Below, one piece after another: positions 1-13,538 of a stretch of DNA of 64,000 nt. Every line of letters starts with the position of its first letter. Within the stretch, counting starts at the first letter, position 1. A model generated the notes under the pieces. That model did not search any database and was not told where the DNA came from. It saw only the letters and a list, made by a program, of their open reading frames with translations. The stretch comes from Azolla caroliniana (lineage: Eukaryota > Plantae > Polypodiophyta). Both the position numbers and the translations under genes were made by a program. The stretch covers positions 4,588,001 through 4,652,000 of the forward strand of contig JBHGNT010000020.1 of NCBI GenBank assembly GCA_043228905.1, given 5' to 3'.

Positions 1-179
1 GGATCAAGGCGTTCTTGAAGCAGCATGAGGAAGAACCGGACCTAGAGAGCATGGATGACAGTGACAACCGGATCAGGGAGGACAACGATTCGGGGAACGA
101 AAGATGAGAACGGGCCGGTTTTCTCCTACAAAGTTCTAGTTGGCGTATACTAGTGGATGCGCGGTTTGGTGGGGGCGGA
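1..179 (+). mobile_element. 3' end of internal region of a tRNA-Trp-type gypsy element (integrase C-terminal tail plus pre-LTR motif)
   Basis: Translates as IKAFLKQHEEEPDLESMDD, resembling the integrase tail RVKLFKKRQDKDPDLDYLDD near 63400. Ends in GCGGTTTGGTGGGGGCGGA, as before the LTRs at 7747 and 63575. Confidence 0.75.
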
Positions 180-840
180 TGTCGAGAAGAAAACTATCCC
201 GAGGCGGAATCCGGGAATAGTGTGCATAAACCGGCCCTTACACACGGGTACAAAGTTTGAAGTATTGTACATAGTTAGGTACAAACCGGCCGATGCGAAT
301 ATCCTAGGTAGCACGTATTCATTAGGTAGGAAATCGAGGAGTATCTCTATCTGAAAGGACAGAGAATAATGGTGGTGTGACTGGTTCTAATGTCTTTCCC
401 TCCTTGGGCTATAAAAGAGAGGAAAAGGGGCAAAGTCGGGATCGCGTTCTGTCGGGAACAAAGTGTTGTCGGACCAGGACCGAGCCCTTCTCCTTTGTCT
501 TCCTTTGTTGTTGCTCTCTGTAGGTTTTCGGGAGCCTGCCTCTGCTTCGTGGAAAGCCCAAGTGCTTCCGGCAGAGTCTCCATCTCGTGTTTCTGTGTGT
601 GCGTGTGAGTGTTAGAGCGTTGTCGCTCACTAGCATGCCGGTTGTAACCCTAATCATATATATATAATATTCTTCTTGTTTTTTTCTGTTGTGGAAATAG
701 TTGCGAGCTCTGTGTATTTGAGTGTGTGTGTGGCTCGGCCATTGTCCCTGCGTCGCTCCTCCCTCTGTTCGGTTATTCCTCGGTTCAAGGCCCCCGCGGT
801 CCCGCCTTAGTCTCTCCCGCGCAAGCGAAACAACACGACA
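180..840 (+). repeat. 3' LTR of gypsy element inserted into a chromovirus pol
   Basis: TGTCG...CGACA termini, TATA-like TATAAAA near 410; chromovirus coding sequence resumes at 841. Confidence 0.8.
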
Positions 841-3733
841 TTGTATGATTGCTCCATCGATTTATAACCGGGAAAAGAGCCATCATGGGGACCGATCTAC
901 AATTTGTCACCAACCGAGCAAGAAGTCCTTCAAGCCTATATAGAGGAGAATTGGAAAACGGTTTCATTCGACATTCGAAATATCTAGTCAGTGCACTCAT
1001 TTTCTTCGTCAAGAAAAATGATGGATCACTTCATCTCGTCGTAGACTACCGCGGCTTGAATAAGGTCACCATCAGGAATAGGTATGCACTTCCCCTTATC
1101 TCAAGTCTTTTAGAATGGATCAATGGTGCAAGGTTCTTCACAAAGATCGACTTACGAGGATCATATAACCTCGCACGGATCCGCGTTCCGCACCAGATAT
1201 GGGCACTTCGAGTATACAGTCATGCCATTCGGTCTCACTAATGCACCAACAGTCTTCCAGCACATGGCAAATGATATATTCCGAGGTCTGTTGGATGTTT
1301 GTTTGATCATCTATTTGGATGATCTGCTGGTTTATTCAAAGACCCAAGAAGAGCATGATTCTCATGTACTGTTAGTACTAAAACGGCTTCGAGAACATGG
1401 TCTTTATGCAAAACTAGAAAAATGTAGCTTCGAGTGCAACCAGGTGGAATTTCTGAGCTATGTCATCTCCTCCAAAGGCATCTCTATGGATCTAGCTAAG
1501 GTCAAAACTGTGGTAGAGTGGCAGACTCCACGCTTGTTGCGAGATGTGCAATGCTTTTTAGGCTTTGTGAATTTCTACCACAAGTTTATACAGGATTACT
1601 CAAAGCTTATTCTACCTCTCACACAACTTACCAAGAAGGGCGAGTCATTTGTTTGGTCTAAAGAAGCAGACATGGATTTTGAGAGTCTTAAGAAGGTATT
1701 TACATCCGCTCCTATTCAAGCTCATGTTAATCCGGCAAAACCATTCATCATTGAAGCAGACGCATCAGATTTCGCCTTGGGTAGCATCCTGTCACAACAA
1801 GGTGATGATGAAAAGCTACATCCTGTGACTTTCTACTCACGCAAGTTTAATGCCGCCGAAATCAACTATAAAATTCACAATAAAGAGCTATTAGCAATAG
1901 TGGACTCTTTTACGCAATGGAGGCATTTTCTAGAGGGATGTTCTCATAAAGTCACTGTATTCAGTGATCATAAAAATCTTACCTACTTCCAAAATGCTTG
2001 TGTATTAAATCAACGTCAAGCTCGGTGGGCCCAATTGCTCACTCGTTTCGACTTCAAAATTACATATCATCCTGGAAAGCAACAAGGGAAGGTAAATGCA
2101 TTATCGCAGCTCTCGTATGTAGCATTGCATCCCAGTGAGCCAGCATTCGCGATAACCAAAAGCAAGTAATCCAGGGACCGGCACAACTACAAGCAACGCG
2201 GGTTTTCGATATGCCATTGGATTCCCACATTATCAATATCATACGTGAGGACTTGAAGATAGATGCTTTCTCTCAAGCCATTCTTGCAGAAATTGACCCC
2301 TCTCGGGCATCTTGTTCACAATTGCAACAACTAGGTACGGATTATCGACAATCCGAATGTCATGATGGATTACTATTCTTTAAGAGGCTCTTGTATGTTC
2401 CTAATGGTTCTTGTCCAAAATTGTCATGACACATCTACATTTGGGCATTTTGGTAGTATTAAAACATTAGATTTAGTACAATGATCATTATGGTGGCCCC
2501 ATATGCGCCGATTTATCAAAGATTATGTTCGGACATGTGATACATGTTGCAAAGCAAAGATGCCAAGACATCATCCATATGGTTTATTGGAACCATTACC
2601 AATTCCAAGCAAGCCATGGCAATCCATTGCTCTAGATTTCATCACAAATCTTCCAGTTTCTAAGGGATTCGATGCGATCTTAACAGTAGTAGATCGATAT
2701 ACGAAGGTGGCCCATTTCCTACCATGTACTAAGGAAATCACTAGTGAAGAAACCGCCGAAACTATCATGCGTGAGGTATGTCAGCATCATGGCCTCCCCA
2801 ATAGTATCATTAGCGACCGTGGACCTTAGATCGTCTCGAAATTCTGGAAGCACCTCTTCAAAATGCTCAAGGTCACTTTTAACCTCTCCTCCAGTTACCA
2901 CCCACAAAAAAATGGACAAGCAGAACGAACAAATCAAACACTGGAACAATATCTTCGGTGTTTCCTAAGCTATCACCAAGATGACTAGGCAGATACTCTC
3001 CACTTCGTCGAAGTTTGCGTATAATAACTTTGTCCACTCATGGACTAAGGTTACACCATTTTATGCTTATATGGGGTATCATCCCCGGTGGTGTGTATTT
3101 GAAACTCTAGAGTTACCCACAAATCCTTGTGCAGAGGATCGTTTGGAACAGCTATGCAAGATACATGCGGATTTATCTACTCATTTACAACAAGCTCAAC
3201 AAACACACAATGATTATGCGGATCGTCATCAGCTTCTATCTAGTTTTAACATTGGAGATCGGGTATGGTTATTACAATGACACATCAAGACTACTGGCCC
3301 ATGCGATAAATTGGATTATTGGCGATTAGGTCCTTTCCATACTATAGGAAAAATTAATGATGACGCTTTTCGTCTCAAGCTACCGCCGCAACTACGAATA
3401 CATCCAGTATTTCATAGTTCTCTTTTAGAACCCTATCAGGACAGCACTATCCCAGGTCGTATCAAACCACCTCCACCCCCGATCGAACTTGAAGATGGAC
3501 CTAAGTACGAGGTCGCCGCCATCCTTGATTCGAAGATTGTTCGCAACAAGCTCTACGATTTGGACGATTGGCTAGGATATAGTCCCAGCGAGTGTACTTG
3601 GGAACCAATAGACAATGTGACCAATGCTCGTGCTCTTCTTGAAGACTTCCATCGTCAATATCCAGACAAACCGGGTTCCCAATCCAAAACGACTCGTAAC
3701 ACTCATCGTTTTAAAAAGGAAATAGTCTCATGA
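841..3733 (+). pseudogene. Tcn1-like chromoviral gypsy pol (RT, RNase H, integrase, chromodomain), broken by stops and frameshifts
   Basis: YLDD RT motif; ADASDFALG and DHKNL RNase H; CDTC and ISDRGP integrase; GPF motif; chromodomain YEVAAILDSK...WLGY...TWEP. Confidence 0.95.
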
Positions 3734-4017
3734 TATGGTGAGATTCAAACCCATGACCTTATAGTACATGGGTCGAGCCCTTGCCATTAGACTATACATT
3801 GTAATACAAAAGATATTATTTTCATTTATTATTTCACTATAGAAAATTCATGTATATTCTAGATTTCTCTGGAACATTCTAGAAACTTCAGGAGTACTCC
3901 TAAAAACACTATATAAGGAGGCACAAGGCATTATTTCGAACCAAATCGGTTCAACGGCAGTCTTAAGCCTCATAACTATCCTTGTATATTCTTTCTACAT
4001 AATATCTTTTATCATCA

Positions 4018-4070
<53 letters not shown>

Positions 4071-5563
4071 CTCAAGGATGCAAGAGGATATGCAAATGTA
4101 TAGCCGCTCTTCTAGCAATGAAAAAGATCTGGACCAATTTGGGAACTTACTCCTACAAATGTGCAATAGTACCGCATTTCTTATTGCAAATGGTATTTCC
4201 GTAATGCCCAACACTAATGGTTTTACATGTAGAAAACACAGTGGAAATAGTGTGATTGACTATGTGCTACTTTCCGAAGGTATTTTGGATCCTATACATA
4301 AATTCTCACTTGGTGAATGGACACCGGAATCCAATCATAGGCCTTTATGTATTGATCTCAAATGAATGCATAGGTTTGATTGTGAGAAGGCTATTGAAGA
4401 TAATAAATAACCGCACTTGAGCATGAACCTTAAGCGAGCCCCCATGTATTCCAAGATGGTTGAGGATATGTTACAAATGACAAAGATACAGCATGGTGCC
4501 ACACTAGAATGCAAATGGGAAGCTTTCAAGAAAGTCATTCTCTCATGTACAAACAAATGTTTTTCGACCAACCGCACATCTTTGAAATGCACCAAGAAAC
4601 TTAGGAAAAAATGGTTTGATAAAGAATGTCGTGAAGCTCGAAAGTGCCTTATGGTTTTGGATGTAGTTAAGGATAAAGAGCATTACCAAAAGCATTTGCA
4701 TGAGTATAAAAGGCTTATTCAAAGAAAGAGATTAATATGCGAAGTTACTCAACAATTTATCCAAATGCAAGAGAAAGCACATGCATGTGCTAAATTTTGG
4801 AGAAATCTAAAGGGGAAATGTTGTCGTGAGGATTTTCGGCCATGGTGAGAAAACCTGAGTGGGAGGAATAAAACAAGATGTGCAACGTTGCACGTGAACT
4901 TAGGAAAATTGTAACATAGGAATAATAGACAAATGTAAGGAGGAAAAGTAAGATTTAAAGGTATAGAGGTGATGTCCACTTTGTAGACTAGACGGAGGCA
5001 CATGAAGTATGGGTGTAGGGAGCAGTGGGCATTGTGTATGTCGGTGAGAGGAGAGGGAGTTAAGACCCATCAATCTCACCTCCTAAGATCGAGGTCAAAT
5101 ACTCTCCTTTGAAAGAAAGGGGATTTGACCACACCTTTTTGTAATGTGCCTCACCCCTTATTACTATAAAAGAGAGTGAGGGGTCACTTTGGAGGGGCTT
5201 CCACTTTTTGGGTTTCTTTGGGTTGCCATCAGGGTTTCGGAATTTTGGGTTTTAGGATCTCGTTTTAGTGGTTTCATTCGTCTTCTTCTTCTTCTTCTTC
5301 TTTTCCCCTATCCGGTTAGGGTTTCATTTAGAGGGTTTACATTCGGCCCACATGACCACGGTTGTAATTGGTGTGGTGCTTTCCATAATGTATATTGTCT
5401 TGTTTAGATCTTATTCTCTTGAATCTTAATCTCTCAAATCTTAATCTTTCTCTTCTTTCTTGGTTAAATTCCCAAGCTTCTCTCACTCCTCTTACTCCCT
5501 AGTCCAAGACCCCCCTGTGGTCCCATCCTATCCAACACGCACACGCAGCTTTCCGCAACATCT

Positions 5564-5580
5564 TGGTGAACCTGACGTGA
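5564..5580 (+). other. Primer binding site, tRNA-Trp
   Basis: TGGTGAACCTGACGTGA is complementary (1 mismatch) to the plant tRNA-Trp 3' end TCACGTCGGGTTCACCA, recalled from memory. Confidence 0.8.
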
Positions 5581-5602
5581 AAGGGCGGCAAGGGAGGAAG
5601 AG

Positions 5603-6284
5603 GATGGAAGCTTTATGGGAGGCGTTCGGGTACGAGAAACCAGAGGGGCAAGGTTGGCATGAGTTCGATCGACGGTTGGCGTCGGTGAAGGCCCATCGAA
5701 GTGTGATGGAAGCATTCCAAGAGTTCGAGCGTCGTTTTTCTCAACTCTCGGAGCAGGATCGGAGATCGGTGGGGGTGGACAAAGTCCTCCTATTTTTTAA
5801 GACGGTCCATCGAGAGGAAAGGATGAACATTTTACTCAAGCTCGAAGATGATCATGGAGCACACGGCCTCACCGACGATTGGTTTGAAGTGGAGTGGGTA
5901 TGCCGGCAACACGATGAGAAGCGTTCGGCCACAACACAACCCGTGAGCAGCAGAGAAGAGAGGGTGGTGAGTGACTACGCACTATCGCTCGAAGAGAGCT
6001 CAACACGTAATGGTTCGGAGGAGTTCTACCTAGAAGCATTAATACGGGAGGTGTACGAGATCATGAAGTCAAAGATCGAAGCCGAAGAGGGGTTTATTAA
6101 GAAGTCGGGTCCGAGAGGATCGGAAGACGTAGAGGAAGACGCCTCCCTACACACGGAGGACGGGGCCTATGTGGAGGCCGAAAGAGCATACAACGGCGAC
6201 ATGGGAGAGGGTGCAGAGCGAGCGACCCTCTCGTCTTGCATGAAGAGACAGCCATGGATAAGACCGAGGACGATGGGACAATGA
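5603..6284 (+). CDS. Gag-like protein of the non-autonomous element, followed by an acidic low-complexity region
   Basis: EFERRFSQL..DKVLLFFKTV..LEDDHGAHGLTDDWFEVEWVC aligns by eye with EFDQMFSRL..DKTLYFLKAV..LEDDTQANGLVADWIAVKRAC of the gag at 57814-58500. Confidence 0.7.
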
Positions 6285-9200
6285 GCGCCACTTCGAGAGT
6301 GGGCGTAAGTTTCAAGACACGGTTTCCCGAAACATCGAGCGAGGAGGAGGCAAGCGTAATCGAGGCTTGCATAAACAGAGACGGGATAGCCACGAACAAC
6401 GATGTACGGGTGGAGGTGGCTATGGATATGACATCGACGAGCGATGGTGCTGAGACCTTGCCCACATTGGTTCTAGAAACTTTGGCAGTCGGCCACGAGA
6501 GCCCATGTGAGACCGGAGAGACAGAAGGTGTCGGCGGCAAGATGGGCAACCAAGGCGAATGAAGAAGATTATAGCGGACGGAGGCGAGATCCCTCGACAC
6601 CGATGCCAGAGACTTCAGCGGTTGCGGATCAATGTAAGACCGAAGAGATGGTGGGTGGCGGCGAGGAGTTAGAGGCCGAAGCGGACGAGGGTGACGGAAC
6701 AGGTATCCGATGCAGAAAGACGGACGAGCGGGGCCAAGAGGGCCAATCGGAGTTGGAAGGGACTATGACGACGAAGGAAGAAGAAGCCGACTCAGAGATC
6801 GGGTCTACGGCGGGTGAACGACGTGATACAAAGCATGCATTATGGCCGGTGGAGGACCAAGAAACGAGCATGCATCCGGAGGAGCCACAACGAGCGACCG
6901 ACAATAGCGGACTAGTTGAACCTTTGAGAGGCAAGTATGAGACGGAGGACAAAGCGGTGAGTTGCCGAGATCGACGGATGAACAACGTGAGCGGAAGGTT
7001 GTCTTAGAAACCGGAGAATTTGTGTGGAGGACAAAGGGCTACGCATCGGGAAGAGAAAACGCGGCATCCCGAAGGACGTGCAAGGCCAAGCGGGCCAAGA
7101 GGGCGCGGGTCGAGACAATGTGGTAACGAGAGCCACAAAGGACACCGACACGGATGTCCGGATGGAGGTATACTCTATCGCGAGAGAGCACCACGAGCAA
7201 GGGAGAAACAAAGGGCACGTAATGTGGTCACATAAGGACCTAAGACCGAGTGCGTATTCGGAGGACAACAACGACACATGGGTAGAGCCTACAGGAGCCA
7301 AGCACGGAACGGAAAGAGGATGCACGCCGAGGTGCTTAGGATGAGGAGGCCTTCGAGCTGAAGGAGGAACACACGCAGTACGCGAGGGGCGGAATCTGTC
7401 GTGCAATCTGAGTAACTGGGAACGCATCCGGAGGACATACGTGACGGACAAAGGAAGAGTGACCAGATCAGCACCGTTGTTCGGGAGGACCGATCGGGGA
7501 AGAAGATGTGAGCATCAGATATGGCGAATAGGATGGAGCCGACGGTTCGAGGACGTGCAGCGAACACGACGGCTCGAGAGGCTACGGTGGTTCGTGTGGA
7601 AGGGATAGGCGTGCTCGAAATGGAGAACGAAGTCGAGCAAAGACAATGAGGAAACGACGGAACCCGGTTGATCACCATTGCCGAGAATCTCACCTATTCT
7701 CCTTTCTTGGCACATACCAGTGGATGTGCGGTTTGGTGAGGGCGGATGTCATGAGGAATTTTTGCCATGGGGAGAAAACCCGAGCGGGAGGAATAAAACA
7801 AGATATGAAACATTGCACGTGAACTTAGGAAAATTGTAACATAGGAATAATAGACAAATGTAAGGAGGAAAAGTAAGATGTAAAGGTATAAAGGTGATGT
7901 GCACTTTGTAGACTAGAGGGAGGCACATGAAGTATGGGTGTAGGTGAGAGGAGAGGGAGTTAAGACCCATCAATCTCACCTCCTAAGATCGAGGTCAAAA
8001 ACTCTCCTTTGAAAGAAAGGGGATTTGACCACACCTTTTTGTAATGTGCCTCACCCCTTATTACTATAAAAGGGAGTGAGGGGTCACTTTGGAGGGGCTT
8101 CCACTTTTTGGGTTTCTTTGGGTTGCCATCAGGGTTTCGGAATTTTGGGTTTTAGGATCTCATTTTAGTGGTTTCATTCGTCGTCGTCGTCTTCTTCTTC
8201 TTTTCCCCTATCCGGTTAGGGTTTCATCTAGAGGGTTTACATTCGGCCCACATGACCACGGGTGTAATTGGTGTGGTGCTTTCCATAATGTATCTTGTCT
8301 TGTTTAGATCTTATTCTCTTGAATCTTAATCTCTCAAATCTTAATCTGTCTCTTCCTTCTCGGTTGAACTTCCAAGCTTCTCTCCCTCCTCTTACTCCCT
8401 AGTCGAAGACCCCTAAACCCGTCCTATCACGCGCAGATTTCCACGACAACGTGTTAAGAGTTATGGTGACTTAACTCTTCACGACTTGTCTATGAATTGT
8501 AAGAATTTATATGACTTATCTCTTGCCGGAAAGATGATGTGTTATGGTTCTCTTTCACATATGCCTCCCTTCTTTACAATTGAAGATATATGCATAGGAC
8601 TTAAAAATTTGGCCTCTCGAAAGGCAAACGATCTTCAATGTATAAAGGTTGAAATGCTCAAATGGACGGGAATGGAAGCACATGTATGGATAAGTGATAT
8701 GTTTAATGATGCATTGCAACATGGTATGCCGCACGATTGGACTACAAATTGGACCAAACCTTTACCTAAAGGTGGAGATGTAAATAATGTAAACAACTAT
8801 TGAACCATCATGGCTGGATCATTAATGGCAAAATTGTTTGGATGTATAATGGAATCAAAGATAAGTGTATGGGCTAAAAAAAATGGTAAGAGAGCTTATG
8901 GACAAGCTGGCATTCGAAAACACCATAGCACCATTGATCACCTTGTCACCCTTGGAGTATTAATGGAGGAAAGTCGCCTTAGAGATAAAGGTTTATATTG
9001 TTGCTTTGTAGACTTCAAGAAAACTTTTGATATGGTACCTCGTGAGCATCTTTGGAGGCGAATGGAAGAACTTGAGGTGCCAAGTGAATATATGCTTGCA
9101 ATTTTCCGAATTTATGAGAAGGTTATATGTTGTATGTGCATGAGAGATAAACTTTCAGATTTTTTCAAAAGCACTATTGGTGTTAAGCAAGGATTCCACT

Positions 9201-10412
9201 CTCACCAACACTATTTGGTCTATGCATTGATGAATTGGAAGAAATGGTTACAAGTTTGGAAAGGAAGAATGTGTTGAAAAAGTTGTCATTGGGAATGTTG
9301 TGATTATGCTTTTGCTATATGCATATGATGTAATGCTTTTTGGAAATACCTTAGGAGATGCACAAAAGCTTATGAAGGCATTGGAAAACTTTTGCATGCA
9401 TACTAAATTAAGTGGAAGAATGGGGCGGTAGTATCCCTAAATCTATGTGGAAAGAGTTTGAAAATGTCCAAAAACATTTTCTTACAAAGTTTCTACAAGT
9501 TAAGAAACAAACGCCCTACACCCTCCTCCTTGAGACGGGATCACTTCCCATTGAGATCATGGTCATGGAAAGGGTTGTTGAATACATGCTTAAGGTTCAA
9601 AAAAGTCCCTGACATTGACTTCCTAGAATTGCATGGGAGGCAAGCAAAAAAATCCAAAAGACGCATAAAAGCAAAATTTTGTGTTCCGGTTGGATGCAAG
9701 ATATAGAAAAATGGTTTGGTAGATGGGATGCGAGACACTTGCTTCATGATGCTTCATTAGATTCCTCTATAAATGAGGCCTTTTTGCAATGCCAATGTAT
9801 CATGGCATTGGACAAATGTGGAGGCTCACGCTTCACACATTATACTACACATGTTGCACCCAACTACAAAACCATATTCTTTGCGGAACGGGGAAATCAT
9901 ACACATCGATACATGTTAGAGCCCATACCGTTATTTTCCATTCGAACCATTGCTTCCATGTGACTTAGCTCACATGCATTGCAATGTGAGACAAGGCATT
10001 GGGGCACAAGTGATGAGGGTGGTCGGCTATGCACACTTTGCCCTAACCAAGTTCGCGAGTCTGAGTATCACACTTTGATACAATGCTCTCCCTTTGATCA
10101 TATTCGACCATGATTTCCATATCTCTTCGACCGAGCCCAGTCCTTGCATGAATTCCGCTCACAACCACAATGTGCACTCTCGATTGCAACATCCGTTGGT
10201 AAAGTTCTTGAACATCAAGAGTCACTACTCACTTTCACACGTATCACGTGAAATGTAATATTTTTGGTCTCATGGGTCATATTTGACCTCTGAAGACGAT
10301 AATATAATCTATCTATCTATCTATCTCGAGTGTTCTACACCCTCTTTTCCTCTTAGTACTAATCTTGATCTCTTAGTACTAATCTCCTCTCTATCTCAGT
10401 ACTATTCCTGAT

Positions 10413-11932
10413 AGCACGTCGGCCATTTGTCGACTAAATAAGTCCCTCTATGGACTAAAGCAAGCCTCGTGTGCTTGGAACACGAAGATCACACAACAAC
10501 TACATCAGATGGGGTTTACTACGTCGAAGTCAGATTTTTCACTTTTCATCCGGGACAGTCGGAATGGGCCGGTAACCATTCTGCTTTATGTTGATGACTT
10601 GGTCATCGCTAGTGCCAACTTGGAAGAAATCCGCCATGTAAAGTCCCAACTTGTTGCATCGTTCGAAATGAAGGATCTGGGTGACCTTTACTACTTCCTC
10701 AGTATCGAAGTGATCCGCACCTTCGAAGGCATACTAATCAGCCAACGACATTATGTGTTGAGTATGCTCTTCAAGTTCAGAACAACAGACTGTGAATTCG
10801 TCTCGATTCCGCTCAATAGAAACATGAAGTTTCACCAAGGATTGGGCACAACATGCGACTCGACATGGTTCTGACAGATTGTCGGAAGCCTCATCTATCT
10901 GACCATCACCCAGCCGAACCTTAGCTATCCGGTTGAACTAATTAGTCAATTTATGTCATTGCCGACGACCGAACACCTTCAGTGCACACAAAGGATCTTA
11001 AGATATGTAAGCGGCACGAAGGATGGGGTGATGCTATATCGGACCGGTGTTGCCGAATAGTTGGTTGGCTACACGGATGCCGATTGGGTTGGATATGCCG
11101 GTGATCGAAGGTCTACATCAGGCTTGGCATTTTTGCTTGGAAGCACTATGATCGCTTGGGGCAATAAGAAGCAGCCGACAATTGCATTGTCAAGCACCGA
11201 GGCTGAGTATCGAGGAGCGATTGTAGCAACATGCGAAGCCATATGGCTCAAGCAACTTCTAAGGGATCTGCAAGTGGAGGTGGCCGAGCCGACAGTCATA
11301 TATTGTGACAACCTTAGCATCATCCAATTAGCAAAGAACCCCATCTTCCATGCCCAGACACAGCACATTGTGGTGCACTATCATTTTGTTCGTGAGTGTG
11401 TTCTCTCCGGTGAAGTAAAACTCATATATGTTCCGACAGATCTTCAGGCTAGCGATATCTTCACCAAACCTCTTGGCCTAGACAAGTTACAACAATTCTC
11501 GAGTATGCTTGGATTCCAGCACCTCGACATGCTGGACGCGAGGGGGAGAACTAGCAAAAAGGAGAGAGATGAAGTCCGAAAAACCGAATCAGATGAGGAA
11601 TTCGATTTCGGGACAGTTGAAGAGGCCGGAGCCAAAGGAACGAGTCCAAGCTGGAGCCAACCGAAAAAGCGGAAGGTAGAGCTGAGAAAGCCAACACAGG
11701 TGGCAGAGCCGACCTAAAGATTAAGGCCAAACAGACGAGAAGGCGCCGAAGTAGCAAAGGCAAGAAGAATGCCGACAAAGGCCTTAGCAACAGACAAGCC
11801 GACTGAGCAGGTCGAGGAGCGTCGGATCGGATGGGTCGAGGAGCGCGAGCGAGGAGGTATGAAGCCAGGAGATGTTGGAGTGGTGTACTAGCTGGAGCTA
11901 ACAAGTAACCTCAAGTTGAGCTTGAGGGGGAG
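10413..11932 (+). pseudogene. Copia family B (non-Tork) RT/RNase H with extended 3' tail
   Basis: SLYGLKQA, YVDDL, GYTDADW..DRRSTSG, ADIFTK-type motifs; PPT CTTGAGGGGGAG at 11921-11932. Confidence 0.9.
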
Positions 11933-12372
11933 TGTTGAGCGAGCAAGCTTAACTTGGGCCAGATTGGCTGAGGAAGTCAGGAGGCGGATCCGATGGAGAT
12001 AGATCGGGTAGGCCCGAACTGGTTGAAGAAACCGAGGGCCATATCGGATGGAATCAGACAGGACGTTAAGGGCCTATATTCCTATTTTAGTAAATAGGTA
12101 TATTATAGGTTGTTAGTGCCAGGTTCAATTAATGAGCATTCAAGTACTTGTCAATACTTCTATCAGCTCTTCTAGGACTTGTATGAAGAGTGTTGACTGA
12201 GCACATTTTATGTATAGAGTGTTGTTTATTTTGAATCAAGTTTATTGTTGTCCACTCCATCTCTATCACACTCTCTCATCTAATCTCTGCGTATACCTAA
12301 TTGTCGTATTTTCGAATAATCGACTATTTTTTCTGTGTGTGTTGCATAAGCTTCCGCACGTAATCTGTTACA
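11933..12372 (+). repeat. Copia family B 3' LTR
   Basis: Starts TGTTGAGCGAGCAAGC directly after the PPT; similar to LTRs at 41190-41638 (-) and 43465-43899. Confidence 0.7.
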
Positions 12373-13538
12373 ATTGCTAACCGATGAGGGGGAGCCGGAA
12401 AGCTTAGAGGAAGAGACGTGCCATGTAGGACGAAATGGATTCCCTATATGAGAACCACACATACAAGCTAACGGAGTTGCCGAAAGGAAAGAGGACCCTT
12501 TGAAACCAGTGGGTGTATAAACTAAAATCGGGAGATGGTGAAAATCCATCAACATATAAAGCCCACATTGTGGTGAAGGGTTTTCAACACAAGAAAGGAG
12601 TGGATTTCAACGAAAATTTTTCCCTGGTAGTAAAGATGACATCCATCCGGATAGTGTTAGCAACCAACATGGTCCTTGAAGTCGAACAATTGGATGTCAA
12701 GATGGGCTTCTTGCATGGAGATCCTGAAGAGGAGATATATATGCAACAACCAAAAGGATTTTTCAAGAAAGGAAAGGAGAACCTAGTGTGTAGGTTGAGG
12801 AAGAGCCTTTATGGACTGAAGCAAGTTTCCCGACAATGGTACCAGAAGTTTGAATCCTTCATGGCCAACCAAGGATACCACAATACGCAGGCCGACCACT
12901 GCGTGTTTGTGAAGAAATTCGACGCAGGAGATTTCCTCGTCCTCTTGCTCTATGTGGATGACATGTTGATTGTTAGACCGAACCATGCGAAGATCGCAAT
13001 GCTGAAAAAGGCTTTAAGTAGGTCTTTCTCAATGAAGGATATGGGTCTAGGAAGGCAAATCCTAGGGATGCACATAGTCTACGACTGGACAAAGAGATTA
13101 TTGTGGTTGTAAAGAATCGGGTATGATTCTTGTGTAGCGGAATAGGTGTGAATTGTGTGTGTGTGTGTGTGTGTGTATGAGAGAGAGTGAGTGAGTGAGA
13201 GAGAGAAGAAGTAAGACACAGAGTATACGCAAGGTAGATTATATTAACAAAGGAGAAAGACTCAACATTATACAAGGTGGGAGGAGGGTGCTTTATATAG
13301 TCACCCTCTCTCTTCATTAACTACAAGACTCATGGAGCATGGGGAATGTGAAAGCTCATAAGTTATGTGTCATAGAATATGATTCTATGGCTCATACTAA
13401 ATGCTAGAATACAAAGTGATGACATAATGGTGACTCTTGACTGTTGGAGTGTCTATTCACTCTCAAGGTGAGTTCACACACTAGACCAAGTTGAGCTTGA
13501 TTCTCAACACGCCCCCTCAAGCTCAAGTCGGGTCGGTT

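Larger units (their letters stand above)
4822..8448 (+). mobile_element. Complete non-autonomous LTR element carrying gag only (LTRs 4822-5560 and 7747-8448)
   Basis: Two highly similar LTRs with TGTC...ACA ends; PBS at 5564; conserved pre-LTR motif at about 7722-7746; 4-bp TSD ATGT/ACGT; no PR, RT or IN motifs seen. Confidence 0.9.
4071..10325 (+). mobile_element. Non-LTR retrotransposon (RTE/RTEX-like LINE), 5'-truncated and decayed, interrupted by the LTR element at 4822-8448
   Basis: APE endonuclease end (SVIDYVLL...ESNHRP), KKWFDKEC, RT motifs QAG, FVDFKKTFD and GVKQG; C-terminal CTLC-x8-H-x4-C near 10030; (TATC)n tail at about 10308-10325; sits in a (CT)n(AT)n tract. Confidence 0.9.
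3726..10412 (+). repeat. Chromovirus 3' LTR split by a LINE (pieces about 3726-4070 and 10320-10412)
   Basis: Both pieces match, in order, the reverse complement of the related LTR at 55523-56365 (TCATGATATGG start; TAGTACTAATC...TTCCTGAyA end). Confidence 0.8.
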
